Shown: piece after piece, positions 46,794 to 57,111 of the stretch
Layout of the letters: every line of letters begins with the position of its first letter
Numbering within the stretch: position 1 is the stretch's first letter
From: a virus
Taxonomy: Duplodnaviria > Heunggongvirae > Uroviricota > Caudoviricetes
Length of the DNA: 64,000 nt
Virus record (IMG/VR): IMGVR_UViG_3300022562_000870
Location: 4,184-68,183 of that record
Reading direction: 5' to 3' (one strand)
The notes under the pieces: generated by a model
The model's input: only the letters and a program-made list of their open reading frames with translations
Databases searched by the model: none
Told to the model about the DNA's origin: nothing
Translations under genes and position numbers: made by a program

Positions 46794-49187
46794 CCAAATT
46801 CATATTATATTATCGAAATGGCTTCTTTAAGATTGCAATCATTTCTAGTACCCACGCTTAAGGTTGGCTTAGGTGGAAATTACTACGTTATTTGTGATGT
46901 AAAAGAACACCTTATCGAAATTTGTAACACAATTAGCAAAAGTGTCAATTCCATTTACTACAATAAAAAATATTGTTGTTGGGTAATTAGGGTAAAAAAC
47001 AAAGCTACCAAGCGAAAATTGTTGACATTAATGCCTATTAATACTACAATGTGTTATGCAAAAGAATAGGCACATAAAAACCATACCAGAAAAATATGGT
47101 ATTTGCGACATTGAATTGGAAGCAACCAAATATTTCAAGGATCATTATAACCGCGATAATTACGATGCCGAAAAAATGTTTGAAGGAATTCCATATATCG
47201 GCTATATGCGCATAGACACAAACGATCCATTGCTTCAACATTGGGGGTATAGTGACGATGATATTATAAATGCAAAAATACTCTCTGTTTCTGAAACGGA
47301 CGTACGTTTTTGTTATTACGATTCACATCATGATCGTCTAGCGTGGGCAACTAAAAAACATGAAAATTTTCATGTAGAAGGAAATGTTTTAAGGAAAGCA
47401 AATGATTAGCAATGACGACATTGATGACCTTCAAGTAAGCTTAGGTTTCTGCTGTTGTGGCAATCCAGAAGATAATTTAAAATATGTTCGCAATGGTTTG
47501 CATCATATCAATGAAATGCACAACATGGATGATGATAAAATGTCTTTTGAAGAATGGACTGAAAAAGGATTAGAAATTTTTGGTAGTAGAAAAGCGGAAT
47601 ATTTTTTTTATTATTGGGCAGACAAGGAAGGGCTGACCGAACATGGTGGTAGTGTGCCGGGATGGTTAGACACAAAAGGCCACGAACTTTTAGAAAATCT
47701 TAATATCATATTAGAGGATAAATGAAATGCCAAAAGGTCGTAAGATAACAAAAGTAGGTAACTACATTAAACGCCAAAACGTACAACGCAAGTTTCGTAT
47801 TGGTACGCGCAAGGCCGGAAAGCCAGCACATGAAATGACAACAGATGATTTGAAGGCCGTACTTGAACGCGAAAGTGATAAACGTTATCACAACAAAGTA
47901 CGTGCTGTTTTAGCATTGCGTGGAGTCGCTGCTTGAATATAGTGAACGTATTGAATAAACTCGCGGATGCACTTAGCGGTTTATCTTTCTATGAAAATAA
48001 CAACACCAGTAGAGGTATTGTGCACGATGAAGTATCTAAAATTTTAGACTTGTGGCTTAATGCTGGTACAATTTATGATTACGCGATAATCTGCGACGAT
48101 AGTAATAATAGTTATTATCTCAGCAATATCAATGTAGATGTTTTACTTAAAACACACATAAATGATGGATTTGTTTATGTGCCTATACGAAAACATTTAA
48201 ACTCGTAATATTACAAGAAACATTAACATGAAACATAGAATAGAAATTTGCAAGAATGGTGAATATAGTAAATTAGCATATATGGCACCAGTAAATGAAG
48301 ATGGTGAAATAGATTCTGGTTACAGAATTGCTGGTCCTAAAGGATGGGGCGGTACATCTACGATTGCAACAATAGACATTAGTGAAGAAAACTTGATAAA
48401 ATATATCAAGGAGTATGCACCAAATGTTCTTAAGGAATTGAGAAGTCGAAAGAAGAAAACAGTATGAGAATTGATATAATAAAAAAGGCCATATACGGAA
48501 TGATCAATGAAAGAATTAATATTACTGCGCTTGAAGAAAAGGATTCTACGGCTGATATTAAACAACAAATAGCAATGCATAGGGATAATTATAATTTCTT
48601 TGAAAAGGCGTTGGCAGAAGAGCTTCAATCAATTTCTGATAGGTTTGACGAACTTGATCATCGTACATCTAAGTTAAGAACATTGCGGTAGGATGGACAG
48701 GTTTCCAAAAGAAGGCGATCCTGTAAGGATTACTATGCAAATTGATAAAGACCTTGAAGCTAATAACGACAAGGTTGGAAAGGTTTTATGGCGTGATGGT
48801 GAATACATCATGGTAGAATTAGACAAAAGTAAAGTTCAAGTCGAATGTTACCTTTGTGAATTAGAGGAAGTATAAAATATGACAACTAAAGTAACAATAG
48901 AAGCTTGTTGTGCTGAAGATGAAGCTGTAAAAATTATAATAGGTGATAAGCTTGTAAGTGATACTTATGTTTTACAAAACGGTGATACTGAAACTTATTA
49001 TATTCATGGTGAAGTATCTTTACTAGTTAAAGAATTTAAAACAGATTAACGACGCGATAACGTATCCACCAGTAGGAGCATAAAGAATATCAAACCGTTC
49101 ATGATAAGGCTGATTCGCGATACTCACAGCTGTAAGTGTAATGTTTTGGGAACCATGTAATTATACTTGCCGTCGTTATTTAAATTA

Positions 49188-49269
49188 TTGCAAGTGTGTG
49201 GCGGTGGCATCTCCATGGGATGCAGTAGGGGTCGCTCCCCCACCATAGGTTCGAGTCCTATGCTTGCAA
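49188..49269 (+). tRNA. tRNA-like, type-II-like with a short D region; anticodon loop TCCATGG (CAU?); CCA encoded
   Basis: Acceptor TGCAAGT/GCTTGCA. Stem GCATC/GATGC. Variable hairpin GGGG-TCGCT-CCCC. T-arm ATAGG-TTCGAGT-CCTAT. Confidence 0.4.
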
Positions 49270-49278
49270 CCAAATATT

Positions 49279-49352
49279 CGGAGTGTAGCTCAGTTTGGCA
49301 GAGCGCGTGCTTTGGGAGCATGAGGTCCAAGGTTCAAATCCTTGTACTCCGA
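49279..49352 (+). tRNA. tRNA-Pro (UGG); CCA encoded
   Basis: Acceptor CGGAGTG/TACTCCG. D-stem GCTC/GAGC. Anticodon stem CGTGC/GCATG with loop TTTGGGA. T-arm CAAGG-TTCAAAT-CCTTG. Confidence 0.65.
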
Positions 49353-49671
49353 CCAATTAAAGGTGAAATATGATAGTTAACATTAATGAACTTCTTGAAC
49401 TGAAAGAAAAATTGAATGAAATTAATTCAATCCCGCTTGAAGAAATTGAATTTTATGAAAATGGTGAACTGGTGGAAATTCCCGAAGAACTATTAGAACA
49501 ATGGGATTACATTGGGCTAAACAATGTTGACTTTATAACCACTGGTTACTATAAAGAAAATCCCAACAAAGGATGGTTACAGAAACAAGCCGATGCAGCA
49601 CGCCTAACAGTTGAATCATGGCCAGAAGGTAAACAAGAAGCTATGAAGAATGCAATACGGAATAAAGACTG

Positions 49672-49920
49672 ATGGGATATCATAAACGACCAATTAAAAA
49701 AGGTGAAGTTGGTGAAATTTCTAAGATAGAAGAAGAAATTGATGAACTTAAAGAAGCTATAGAACAATATAACAGTATATTGGCACTTGTTGAACTATCA
49801 GATATCTATGGCGCAATCGAATGTTATTTGGAAAAACACTTTTCTGATTTTACCATGGAAGATTTAAAATCAATGTCCGATGCAACAAGACGCGCATTTG
49901 AAGATGGTAGCAGAAAATGA
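49672..49920 (+). CDS. MazG-like nucleoside triphosphate pyrophosphohydrolase (small)
   Basis: GEVGEISKIEEEIDELKEA...LVELSDIYGAIECYL resembles the MazG EExxE/helical motif. Confidence 0.4.
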   Translation: MGYHKRPIKKGEVGEISKIEEEIDELKEAIEQYNSILALVELSDIYGAIECYLEKHFSDFTMEDLKSMSDATRRAFEDGSRK

Positions 49921-50128
49921 CTTTTTTAACTGAAAATAATGCAATATTTTTAAAAGAATTGGGTGAATTACTTCATCAGCATAATGTTCAAATTGAATCA
50001 CACAATGATAAAATAGAAATTTTATTTTTCAATGGCGGTGGGTGGATGAGTAACAATATAGAATTTGGTAATCAACTTTGTGGTGATTATTGTAAAGACG
50101 CTGCCAAGAAGGTTCTTAAAAAGAAAAA

Positions 50129-50704
50129 ATGATTAGTTACGGTTTGCTTGCAGAAGCATTGGAATATTATCAAGACCAAGGTTATGAACTGGTTGACGTT
50201 CCTTGGACTGTTTCCAAACAATCGATGAATATAACCGCAGGCAAAAGCATCGATTTAGAAAAAAATAAATACATAGACGACTACTTGGTTGGAAGCGCAG
50301 AGCAATCTTTCTTGCACATGATCCGAGGAGGTGAACTTTCCGAAGGAAGATACTGCGCTATAACCCCGTGTTTTAGAAGCAACGATCCTGAAGATGAACT
50401 TCATCAGAAATATTTTATGAAAGTTGAACTTATTTCATACAATAAAAAATGGTGGCAATGGGTATCGGATATGGAATTATTAATCTATGATGCGCGACAG
50501 TTCTTCGAACAATGGGTTCCTACGACAGTAGTTAAAACGAAGGATGAACGTAGCGATGAAAGTTATGATATTGAATGTAATGGAATTGAATTAGGTTCAT
50601 ATGGTATTAGACACTTCGAAAATATTGATTGGGTTTATGGTACAGGATTGGCCGAACCTAGATTTTCAAATGTATTGAATAGAGAATTTTATGCCAACAG
50701 TTAA
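50129..50704 (+). CDS. minimal class II aminoacyl-tRNA synthetase core, SerRS-like (amino acid:carrier-protein ligase-like)
   Basis: - ITPCFRSNDPEDELHQKYFMKVE matches SerRS motif 2 (TPCFRSEA...HQFDKVE).
- YELVDVPW is motif-1-like.
- C-terminal IELGSYGIR...YGTGLAEPR is motif-3-like.
- Only 191 aa, with no N-terminal tRNA-binding arm. Confidence 0.55.
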   Translation: MISYGLLAEALEYYQDQGYELVDVPWTVSKQSMNITAGKSIDLEKNKYIDDYLVGSAEQSFLHMIRGGELSEGRYCAITPCFRSNDPEDELHQKYFMKVELISYNKKWWQWVSDMELLIYDARQFFEQWVPTTVVKTKDERSDESYDIECNGIELGSYGIRHFENIDWVYGTGLAEPRFSNVLNREFYANS

Positions 50705-50933
50705 TTGGAAATATGATATTGCGCCTTCACATAAATGTAAAATATGTGGGGCTTATTGGCGTTTATGGTTAAAAGAAGAAGTACCATATTCTGAAAATGA
50801 TAGTTGGAGTTTACTTTCAACATCTTGCGGTTCATGCTGTGATAATGTTCCCATGCGTGGACAAATAGAACCTTTAAAATTAGGTGACATGTTTAAATTC
50901 ATCTGCGAGGCCAGTTCTAACAAGAATAAATAA
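50691..50933 (+). CDS. small Cys-rich zinc-ribbon protein
   Basis: CKICGAY...CGSCC. Its start overlaps the end of the SerRS-like gene. Confidence 0.35.
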   Translation: MPTVNWKYDIAPSHKCKICGAYWRLWLKEEVPYSENDSWSLLSTSCGSCCDNVPMRGQIEPLKLGDMFKFICEASSNKNK

Positions 50934-50954
50934 AGTCATATAAGGATTAAAATA

Positions 50955-51725
50955 ATGATAATACCTATAGTGACATCAACCGATGATGGCTATTTGCCCG
51001 GTTGTATAGCTTTATATAATTCCTATTTAAAAAATTCAAAGGATGGGTTTAGTTTCCATGTTCTTGCTTATGGTGATGAAAGTTTAAAAGAAAAACTTCA
51101 TGCAGCCGGTATAGAAAATGTATATCTAAATGCGGCGGTTGGGGCTGAACGCATTCCTAAGAGTGTTAAATATGATTGGTATCGTCATGAAATCGAATCA
51201 AGTGCAATGTATGCGCGATTGATTATTCCAGACTTATTTCCAGATGTTCCATATTCTATTTACGTAGATGCGGATGCTATCATTCTTAAATCATTAAAAG
51301 GTTTATTAGTTAACATGAGTGACTACCCATGTGGTGGTACACAATCATGGTCAACAATGGTGGCAGATGTTCCAGATGCGGGATTAACAGAAAGGGGAAT
51401 AATGACGAGCTTTTTGGTTTTTAATCATAAAGCATGGAAAGAAAAAGATGTTTATGTGAAATGTATCGAACTAATGAATACGAGTAAGTTACATTTTAAA
51501 ACTGTGGTACAAGGTGTACTTCAAATGGTGATTCGTCAAGATTATTATATGTATCCTGAATTTCATCAAGTACAAGCAAGTCACGATACCACGATAGACA
51601 GAATTAAAGATGCATATATACTTCATTTCGTTGGGTATAATCCTTGGGAAAAAATACCACAAGAATTATTAGATAGAAAACCTGTTAGAAGGTTTACATT
51701 AGATATATGGAGAAAATACGCATGA
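50955..51725 (+). CDS. glycosyltransferase family 8-like
   Basis: IVTSTDDGYLPGCIAL and YVDADAIIL (DxD) resemble the GT8 LgtC/glycogenin fold. Confidence 0.5.
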   Translation: MIIPIVTSTDDGYLPGCIALYNSYLKNSKDGFSFHVLAYGDESLKEKLHAAGIENVYLNAAVGAERIPKSVKYDWYRHEIESSAMYARLIIPDLFPDVPYSIYVDADAIILKSLKGLLVNMSDYPCGGTQSWSTMVADVPDAGLTERGIMTSFLVFNHKAWKEKDVYVKCIELMNTSKLHFKTVVQGVLQMVIRQDYYMYPEFHQVQASHDTTIDRIKDAYILHFVGYNPWEKIPQELLDRKPVRRFTLDIWRKYA

Positions 51726-52621
51726 AAGTACTAGTTACGGGAGCCTGTGGGTTTATAGGACAATACGTTGTAGAAGAATTGAAACGCAGAGGTCATATCC
51801 CTGTACTTTTTGATCACTATGATAGAGGTGGTTACGACGATCCAGTAATATTGGGCGACGTACGTGATGATGTAGCTGTTACAGAAGCAATGGCACATGT
51901 TGATTCATGGATACATTTAGCAGCAGTACTTGGTACACAAGAAACGATTCAGAATCCAAGACCAGCAGCAGAATCAAATCTGTTGGGCGGTCTTAATATG
52001 TTAGAGGCGGCAGCACAATATAATTTGCCCGGTGTCTACATTGGTGTTGGTAATCACTGGATGAACAACACTTATTCGATTACTAAAACAATGATTGAAC
52101 GTTTTGTTGACATGTTCAACAAAAATCGTGGAACTAAAATTAATATCGTTCGGGCAATGAACGCATATGGTCCAAGACAGCGCCCTGCTCCGCCATTTGG
52201 TTCTTCAAAAGTTAGAAAAATTACACCGTCGTTTGTATGTCGAGCATTAACAGATATGGACGTGGAAGTCTATGGTGATGGTCAGCAAATTTCGGACATG
52301 ATTTATGTTACAGATGTGGCCAAGGCGTTAGTAACGGCCTTAGAAAAAGCCGCTTCTGGTATAGTATTTGATACTGCTGTAGAAGTTGGGCCTGCCGTAA
52401 ACAATACAGTTCAGGAAGTTGCTGAATTAATTATCAAATTATCAAATTCGAATTCAAAATTGGTTAATTTACCAATGCGCCCGGGTGAAATACCAAACTC
52501 AGTTGTTAGCGCAAATGTTGAAACTTTGAAGTTGGTTGACATGTCATCTGATGATTTGGTGTCATTAGAAGAAGGGATGAAAGCCACGATAGAATACTTC
52601 AAGGATTTTCTGGATAAATAA
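51707..52621 (+). CDS. NAD-dependent epimerase/dehydratase (SDR family)
   Basis: VLVTGACGFIGQY Rossmann motif and a YxxxK-type layout. Confidence 0.7.
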   Translation: MEKIRMKVLVTGACGFIGQYVVEELKRRGHIPVLFDHYDRGGYDDPVILGDVRDDVAVTEAMAHVDSWIHLAAVLGTQETIQNPRPAAESNLLGGLNMLEAAAQYNLPGVYIGVGNHWMNNTYSITKTMIERFVDMFNKNRGTKINIVRAMNAYGPRQRPAPPFGSSKVRKITPSFVCRALTDMDVEVYGDGQQISDMIYVTDVAKALVTALEKAASGIVFDTAVEVGPAVNNTVQEVAELIIKLSNSNSKLVNLPMRPGEIPNSVVSANVETLKLVDMSSDDLVSLEEGMKATIEYFKDFLDK

Positions 52622-52894
52622 AAATATGGGATTATTTGTTTTGTGTCTTGAAGAAGATCCAACACCAAAAGATTTGATAGAAACTGCAATGGCAAACATC
52701 GAACTTCATCTTGAACACGATGATACAGATTATTTGTTAGAAGCCTTTGCGTTACCCATGCTTAAAGAAGCATTAGAGAAATTAGAAAAATAAACATGGT
52801 TTTCGGAATTTTGCCATGGGGGTGAAAATTCCATTTTAACTGACTTTAAAATTTAACAGGTATCTAGTCAGTATGCCGTACAAAAGAGGTAATC

Positions 52895-53752
52895 ATGATG
52901 TACAATAATAAGCTTGCAGTAGCTCTAAAATCTGCCGGGAAAGTTCTCCGTGAATTCGGAGAGACAGTCTACATACCTTTCGGAAGTGAATATTCTGTTC
53001 TACTTAAAAACCTTAATAGCGTTCGTGCACTTGTCAAAGTTGAAATTGATGGTGTAGACGTTGGTGATGGCACAAGATTTGTTCTCGATGCAAACAGTAG
53101 TGTTGAATTAGAACGCTTCATAAAAAATGGCAACCTAAAAAAGGGTAATCGTTTCAAATTTATTGAACGTACTGGTGGTGTTGAAAAACATCGTGGTGTA
53201 GGTATTGAAGATGGTATCGTTCGTATTGAGTTTAATTACGAACAACCATTAACAATCACCACAACTAACTGGGATTGGCAGTGGAATAACAAACCTTACT
53301 ACTCTTTTTATAATACTACTGACGATGCGGGGTTTCGTGGACTGATTGGAAACAGTGTAAGTTCAAACTACTGTGCTAATGTTAGTGCAGGTGGTTCAAC
53401 TGCAAAAATGCCAGATGGTAATGTTACACTTACAAGCAGCGTAAATCTAGATTCAAATGCTAAGGGTATTGTTTCTAACGAAGCTAGTGTTGAAGATATT
53501 GTAAAGAATGAAGCTGGTATAACTGTAGCAGGTTCAGTTTCTGCACAACAATTCAAACAAGTGGATTCATTCCTAACGGAAGCAGAGACACATGTCATAG
53601 TTCTTCAAATGCTTGGACAGACAGAAGATAATCAACAAGTATTAAAACCTGTCACTGTTAAAGCAAAACCAAAGTGTATTACATGCGGTCGTACGAACAA
53701 AGCAACAGCTAAGTTCTGCACAGATTGTGGTACATCTTTACAAATAATCTAA
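52895..53752 (+). CDS. hypothetical protein with C-terminal zinc ribbon
   Basis: CITCGRTNKATAKFCTDCG at the C-terminus. Confidence 0.4.
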   Translation: MMYNNKLAVALKSAGKVLREFGETVYIPFGSEYSVLLKNLNSVRALVKVEIDGVDVGDGTRFVLDANSSVELERFIKNGNLKKGNRFKFIERTGGVEKHRGVGIEDGIVRIEFNYEQPLTITTTNWDWQWNNKPYYSFYNTTDDAGFRGLIGNSVSSNYCANVSAGGSTAKMPDGNVTLTSSVNLDSNAKGIVSNEASVEDIVKNEAGITVAGSVSAQQFKQVDSFLTEAETHVIVLQMLGQTEDNQQVLKPVTVKAKPKCITCGRTNKATAKFCTDCGTSLQII

Positions 53753-53803
53753 AATAGACTATACTAACGGGTAGGTGTTAACCATCTACCCGTTTTTATT
53801 ATG

Positions 53804-53883
53804 CCTCGGTGACTAATGTAAATCGGCACAGCTACTGCGCTTAAAACGCAGGTTTTTGTGGGTTCGAATCCCACCCGGGGTAC
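53804..53883 (+). tRNA. tRNA-Leu (UAA); CCA encoded
   Basis: Acceptor GCCTCGG/CCGGGGT. Anticodon stem CTGCG/CGCAG with loop CTTAAAA. T-arm GTGGG-TTCGAAT-CCCAC. Confidence 0.6.
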
Positions 53884-53892
53884 CAAATAATG

Positions 53893-53972
53893 CGTCGGTG
53901 GTTAATGTAAATCGGTACAGCTACAAGGCTCAAACCCTTGACTTTTGTGGGTTCGAATCCCACCCGGCGTAC
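53893..53972 (+). tRNA. tRNA-Leu (CAA); CCA encoded
   Basis: Paralogous to the 53804 tRNA. Anticodon stem CAAGG/CCTTG with loop CTCAAAC. Confidence 0.6.
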
Positions 53973-54270
53973 CAAATTTAAAGGTGAATTATGTTATTGC
54001 ATTTTGTATTAGATTCTGGTAAAATTGTTACATTGGGTACTTTGTTACCCGTTAGTAAGGATATTTTAAATCTATATGTTAAAAAATATCCGCGACACTG
54101 GATAACAGTATGACAACACCAGAAGAAGTAGATAAGCTACAAGAATTGGCTAAAGAGACTCTTATAGAAATGATTGAAAATAAGAATCATTTTATTACAC
54201 ACGTAAGATACAACTGGCTTGATGGTGATAAAACAAGTGTTACTTTCGAATATATTGATAAGGAATAACT

Positions 54271-54537
54271 ATGATACAACCAAAAACAATAAAAGAACGA
54301 TATGTCTTAGAATTTCTATATACAGATATGTGGAGCCGGTGGATAACAAACAGTGGCTTGCAACCATACATGTTTAAATCTGTTGAAAATGCTATCGAGA
54401 ATCTTAAAGAAGCGCTTGATGAAAATCGAAACGATAGTTATCGTTTTGATTACTTAAGAAACACAAAATATCGCGTACGTAAGATTTATCTCTTCGACGA
54501 TCTTTATACAGATGAAATTGAAGAAATAACCATCTAA
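54271..54537 (+). CDS. hypothetical protein
   Basis: ORF with no recognised family. Confidence 0.35.
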   Translation: MIQPKTIKERYVLEFLYTDMWSRWITNSGLQPYMFKSVENAIENLKEALDENRNDSYRFDYLRNTKYRVRKIYLFDDLYTDEIEEITI

Positions 54538-54716
54538 ATTGATTTCAAAACAGTAGAAGTGGTGGCTTTGAATAGTCATTCACTTCTATAGTCTATTGCC
54601 CGTAGGCGAAGCAGGTTGGGCACCTTGTGTGTTTTGAAATATCGGATGCCGCAATCCGCCAATCTTGAATTGGTGACCTACACAACTCGTAGGTCTGATA
54701 AATGTGTGGCACAATT

Positions 54717-54792
54717 CTGGAGCCGTAGCTTAATTGGCTAAAGCGCTTTCCTGTCAAGAAAGAAGATGGGGGTTCAAGTCCCCTCGGTTCCG
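54717..54792 (+). tRNA. tRNA-Asp (GUC); CCA encoded
   Basis: Acceptor GGAGCCG/CGGTTCC. Anticodon stem CTTTC/GAAAG with loop CTGTCAA. T-arm GGGGG-TTCAAGT-CCCCT. Confidence 0.65.
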
Positions 54793-54946
54793 CCAAATTC
54801 GGACATTGCATCGCGAATTGGGTTCGATTCCCAACGTTGAGGTAGGTTAACAATCTTATTATCAGTAAGCCGATGGATGTCCCGTTTTCAATGCCAGATG
54901 ATCCGCGTGTGTATCCACGTGCTGGCTCCAAACAATGCCTCGGTGA

Positions 54947-55015
54947 CTAATGTAAATCGGCACAGCTACCTGCCTTAGAAGCAGGGTTTTTGCGGGTTCG
55001 AATCCCGCCCGGGGT
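54947..55015 (+). tRNA. tRNA-Leu (UAG); CCA encoded
   Basis: Same scaffold as the 53804 tRNA. Anticodon stem CCTGC/GCAGG with loop CTTAGAA. Confidence 0.6.
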
Positions 55016-55038
55016 ACCAATTTAACATAAATAATATC

Positions 55039-55437
55039 ATGAAAAATACACTTTTAGAAGCGTTCATCAATGATGTTAGAATAGAAGCGGTGAAGTTTAG
55101 ACTTCAGACTTCCAATGTTCTCGAAGATGTTCAATATAATGACATTCTCGGAAATTTTGAAAACAATAAACAGGATAGTGCTACCGTTGCCACAATCCTT
55201 GGAAAAGCATTAAATGATTTAAAAGCTTTAAATTCTTCTGGTTATGTTCGCTTATTAGCAAGATTGGTTAAAAAATGGAATGAAACGCGAATAATCATCC
55301 AATATGAAGGTTATGGATGGGATGAAGAATCCTATAAGCGAAGAAGCGAAGCTTATTCATATGTTCTTTTATTGCGGATACTTAAGAAAAAACATAAAGA
55401 CTTGTATTCCTTTATTAAACCCCTAATAAATACATAA
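55039..55437 (+). CDS. hypothetical protein
   Basis: ORF with no recognised family. Confidence 0.35.
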   Translation: MKNTLLEAFINDVRIEAVKFRLQTSNVLEDVQYNDILGNFENNKQDSATVATILGKALNDLKALNSSGYVRLLARLVKKWNETRIIIQYEGYGWDEESYKRRSEAYSYVLLLRILKKKHKDLYSFIKPLINT

Positions 55438-55454
55438 TACATCTGGAGAAACAT

Positions 55455-55907
55455 ATGAAAGTTGGTGAAATATTTGAAGGTAATTATGATGATGCATCAT
55501 ATGATGCAAGCAACGAAGCTGCACAAGAATACTTCAATGAAAAGTATATTTCACTTCCAGCTGTTATGTCTTTAAGATTAGAAGAAATTGCAGACTATGC
55601 GCATAAGGCTAATCTTAGTAATGAAGCCGAATTCTTAAATAAGTTTGTTGATATGAATGATGATGATTTCTACGTTCCGAGAGATGTTGGCAAACATATA
55701 GATCAGTTGGATACTATGATTGGTAACGAAGATCCAAACATAGTGGACGCTATTGAACAGCTTGTTGCATTATTATCAAGTAATATGACAACAGAAGAAG
55801 AATGGATGAATTCAAAAGAAGCACATTCGGTTGCTGATGAAGCACGTGCGGAATATGAACCTGATGAACATAACCGTTACGGTATAAAACCAAGCGATTT
55901 TTATTAA
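55455..55907 (+). CDS. hypothetical acidic protein
   Basis: RBS GGAGAAACAT upstream. Confidence 0.4.
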   Translation: MKVGEIFEGNYDDASYDASNEAAQEYFNEKYISLPAVMSLRLEEIADYAHKANLSNEAEFLNKFVDMNDDDFYVPRDVGKHIDQLDTMIGNEDPNIVDAIEQLVALLSSNMTTEEEWMNSKEAHSVADEARAEYEPDEHNRYGIKPSDFY

Positions 55908-55984
55908 ACATTATGCAGGCATAGTATAATGGTCATTATGGGACGTTGCCAACGTTCGGATGCGGGTTCGATTCCCGCTGCCTG
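55908..55984 (+). tRNA. tRNA-Gly (GCC); CCA encoded
   Basis: Acceptor GCAGGCA/TGCCTGC. Anticodon stem GGACG/CGTTC with loop TTGCCAA. T-arm GCGGG-TTCGATT-CCCGC. Confidence 0.6.
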
Positions 55985-56333
55985 CTCCAAATAGTTAATG
56001 ATTCCATGGAGGGAAGCGCGTTGACAATGAAATTCAATATTATGAATATTGTTGGTGGGATTACTGCCGCATTAGCATTAATTAGTGCAATTATTGCTGC
56101 CGATGCAAGATATACAAAAAGTGATGACTTAACTACTGTTAAAAACGAAATCATCAATGAAATGCGCAACGAAGTTACCAAAAATAGAACAGTAATGATT
56201 TCAAGTATGCAGCGCGATGCAGACGACCTTGAATTTATGATGATGGAATTTGAACAAAAGAAAAAACCAGTTCCAAGATACATATTAGAAAAACACAAAC
56301 AAATCATACGTCAAATAGAAGAGTTAAAAAAAG

Positions 56334-56909
56334 ATGAAATTAGGGAAACTAAAAGTTCTAAGTAGTATATTATTCATTTCATTACTATTAACAGCTTCTG
56401 CCATTAGCAGTGGTGAAAGTTATATAGCAAAGAATTTAGCAGCGGCTCAATTTACAACACTTGTTAAAGAACGCGAACCCGTTGATAATATAAATGCGGT
56501 TGATACTTCTGCTAGTAGCGTTTACTTCTTTGTTGATGTTCGCGATTGTAAAGGATGTGTTGTTGAACACGAATGGTGGTATCGTGGTGCCAAAGTTAGC
56601 ACAATTAAAGCTTCAAAAATTAAATATGATAGGTATCGTTGGTGGTCTAAGAAAACTTTAGTTAAAGATTACTTAGGCGATTGGACAGTTAAAGTTGTTA
56701 TTAATGGAAAAGTCAGACTGACAAAAACCATAACATATGGCAAAACATCAACAAAACAAATACCCATTAAAAATCGTGTTTTTATGGAAGAAGCATCCGA
56801 ATGTGAATTACAATTAAGATACTTCAGTACACAATCAAAACAAAATCCCGAAGACGGCTATTTTAAGTTCATGTTAGATAAATGGACTAAACGTTGTTTA
56901 CCAGAATAA
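56334..56909 (+). CDS. hypothetical secreted protein
   Basis: N-terminal signal-peptide-like LSSILFISLLLTASAIS. Confidence 0.4.
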   Translation: MKLGKLKVLSSILFISLLLTASAISSGESYIAKNLAAAQFTTLVKEREPVDNINAVDTSASSVYFFVDVRDCKGCVVEHEWWYRGAKVSTIKASKIKYDRYRWWSKKTLVKDYLGDWTVKVVINGKVRLTKTITYGKTSTKQIPIKNRVFMEEASECELQLRYFSTQSKQNPEDGYFKFMLDKWTKRCLPE

Positions 56910-56988
56910 CTGGAAGCGTGCATGAGTGGTTTAAATGGGCACCCTGCTAAGGTGTTGGACGCGCAAGCGTCCCGTGGGTTCGAATCCC
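56902..56988 (+). tRNA. tRNA-Ser (GCU), type II; CCA encoded
   Basis: Acceptor GGAAGCG/CGCTTCC. Anticodon stem GCACC/GGTGT with loop CTGCTAA. Long variable hairpin. T-arm GTGGG-TTCGAAT-CCCAC. Confidence 0.65.
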
Positions 56989-57007
56989 ACCGCTTCCGCC
57001 AAAATTA

Positions 57008-57079
57008 TATCCCCGTAGCTTAATGGAAGAGCGATTGGTTTCGACCCAATTAGGTGCGCGTTCGAATCGTGTCGGGGGT
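57008..57079 (+). tRNA. tRNA-Arg (UCG); CCA encoded
   Basis: Acceptor ATCCCCG/CGGGGGT. D-stem GCTT/GAGC. Anticodon stem ATTGG/CCAAT with loop TTTCGAC. Confidence 0.6.
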
Positions 57080-57111
57080 GCCAATTTGTAACCTAAAATA
57101 TAAATACTTAA

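Noticed and set aside
49124-49373. ORFs 49124-49330(-) and 49167-49373(+)
   Set aside because: They overlap two well-formed tRNAs, Pro(UGG) and a CAU type, so they are not coding.
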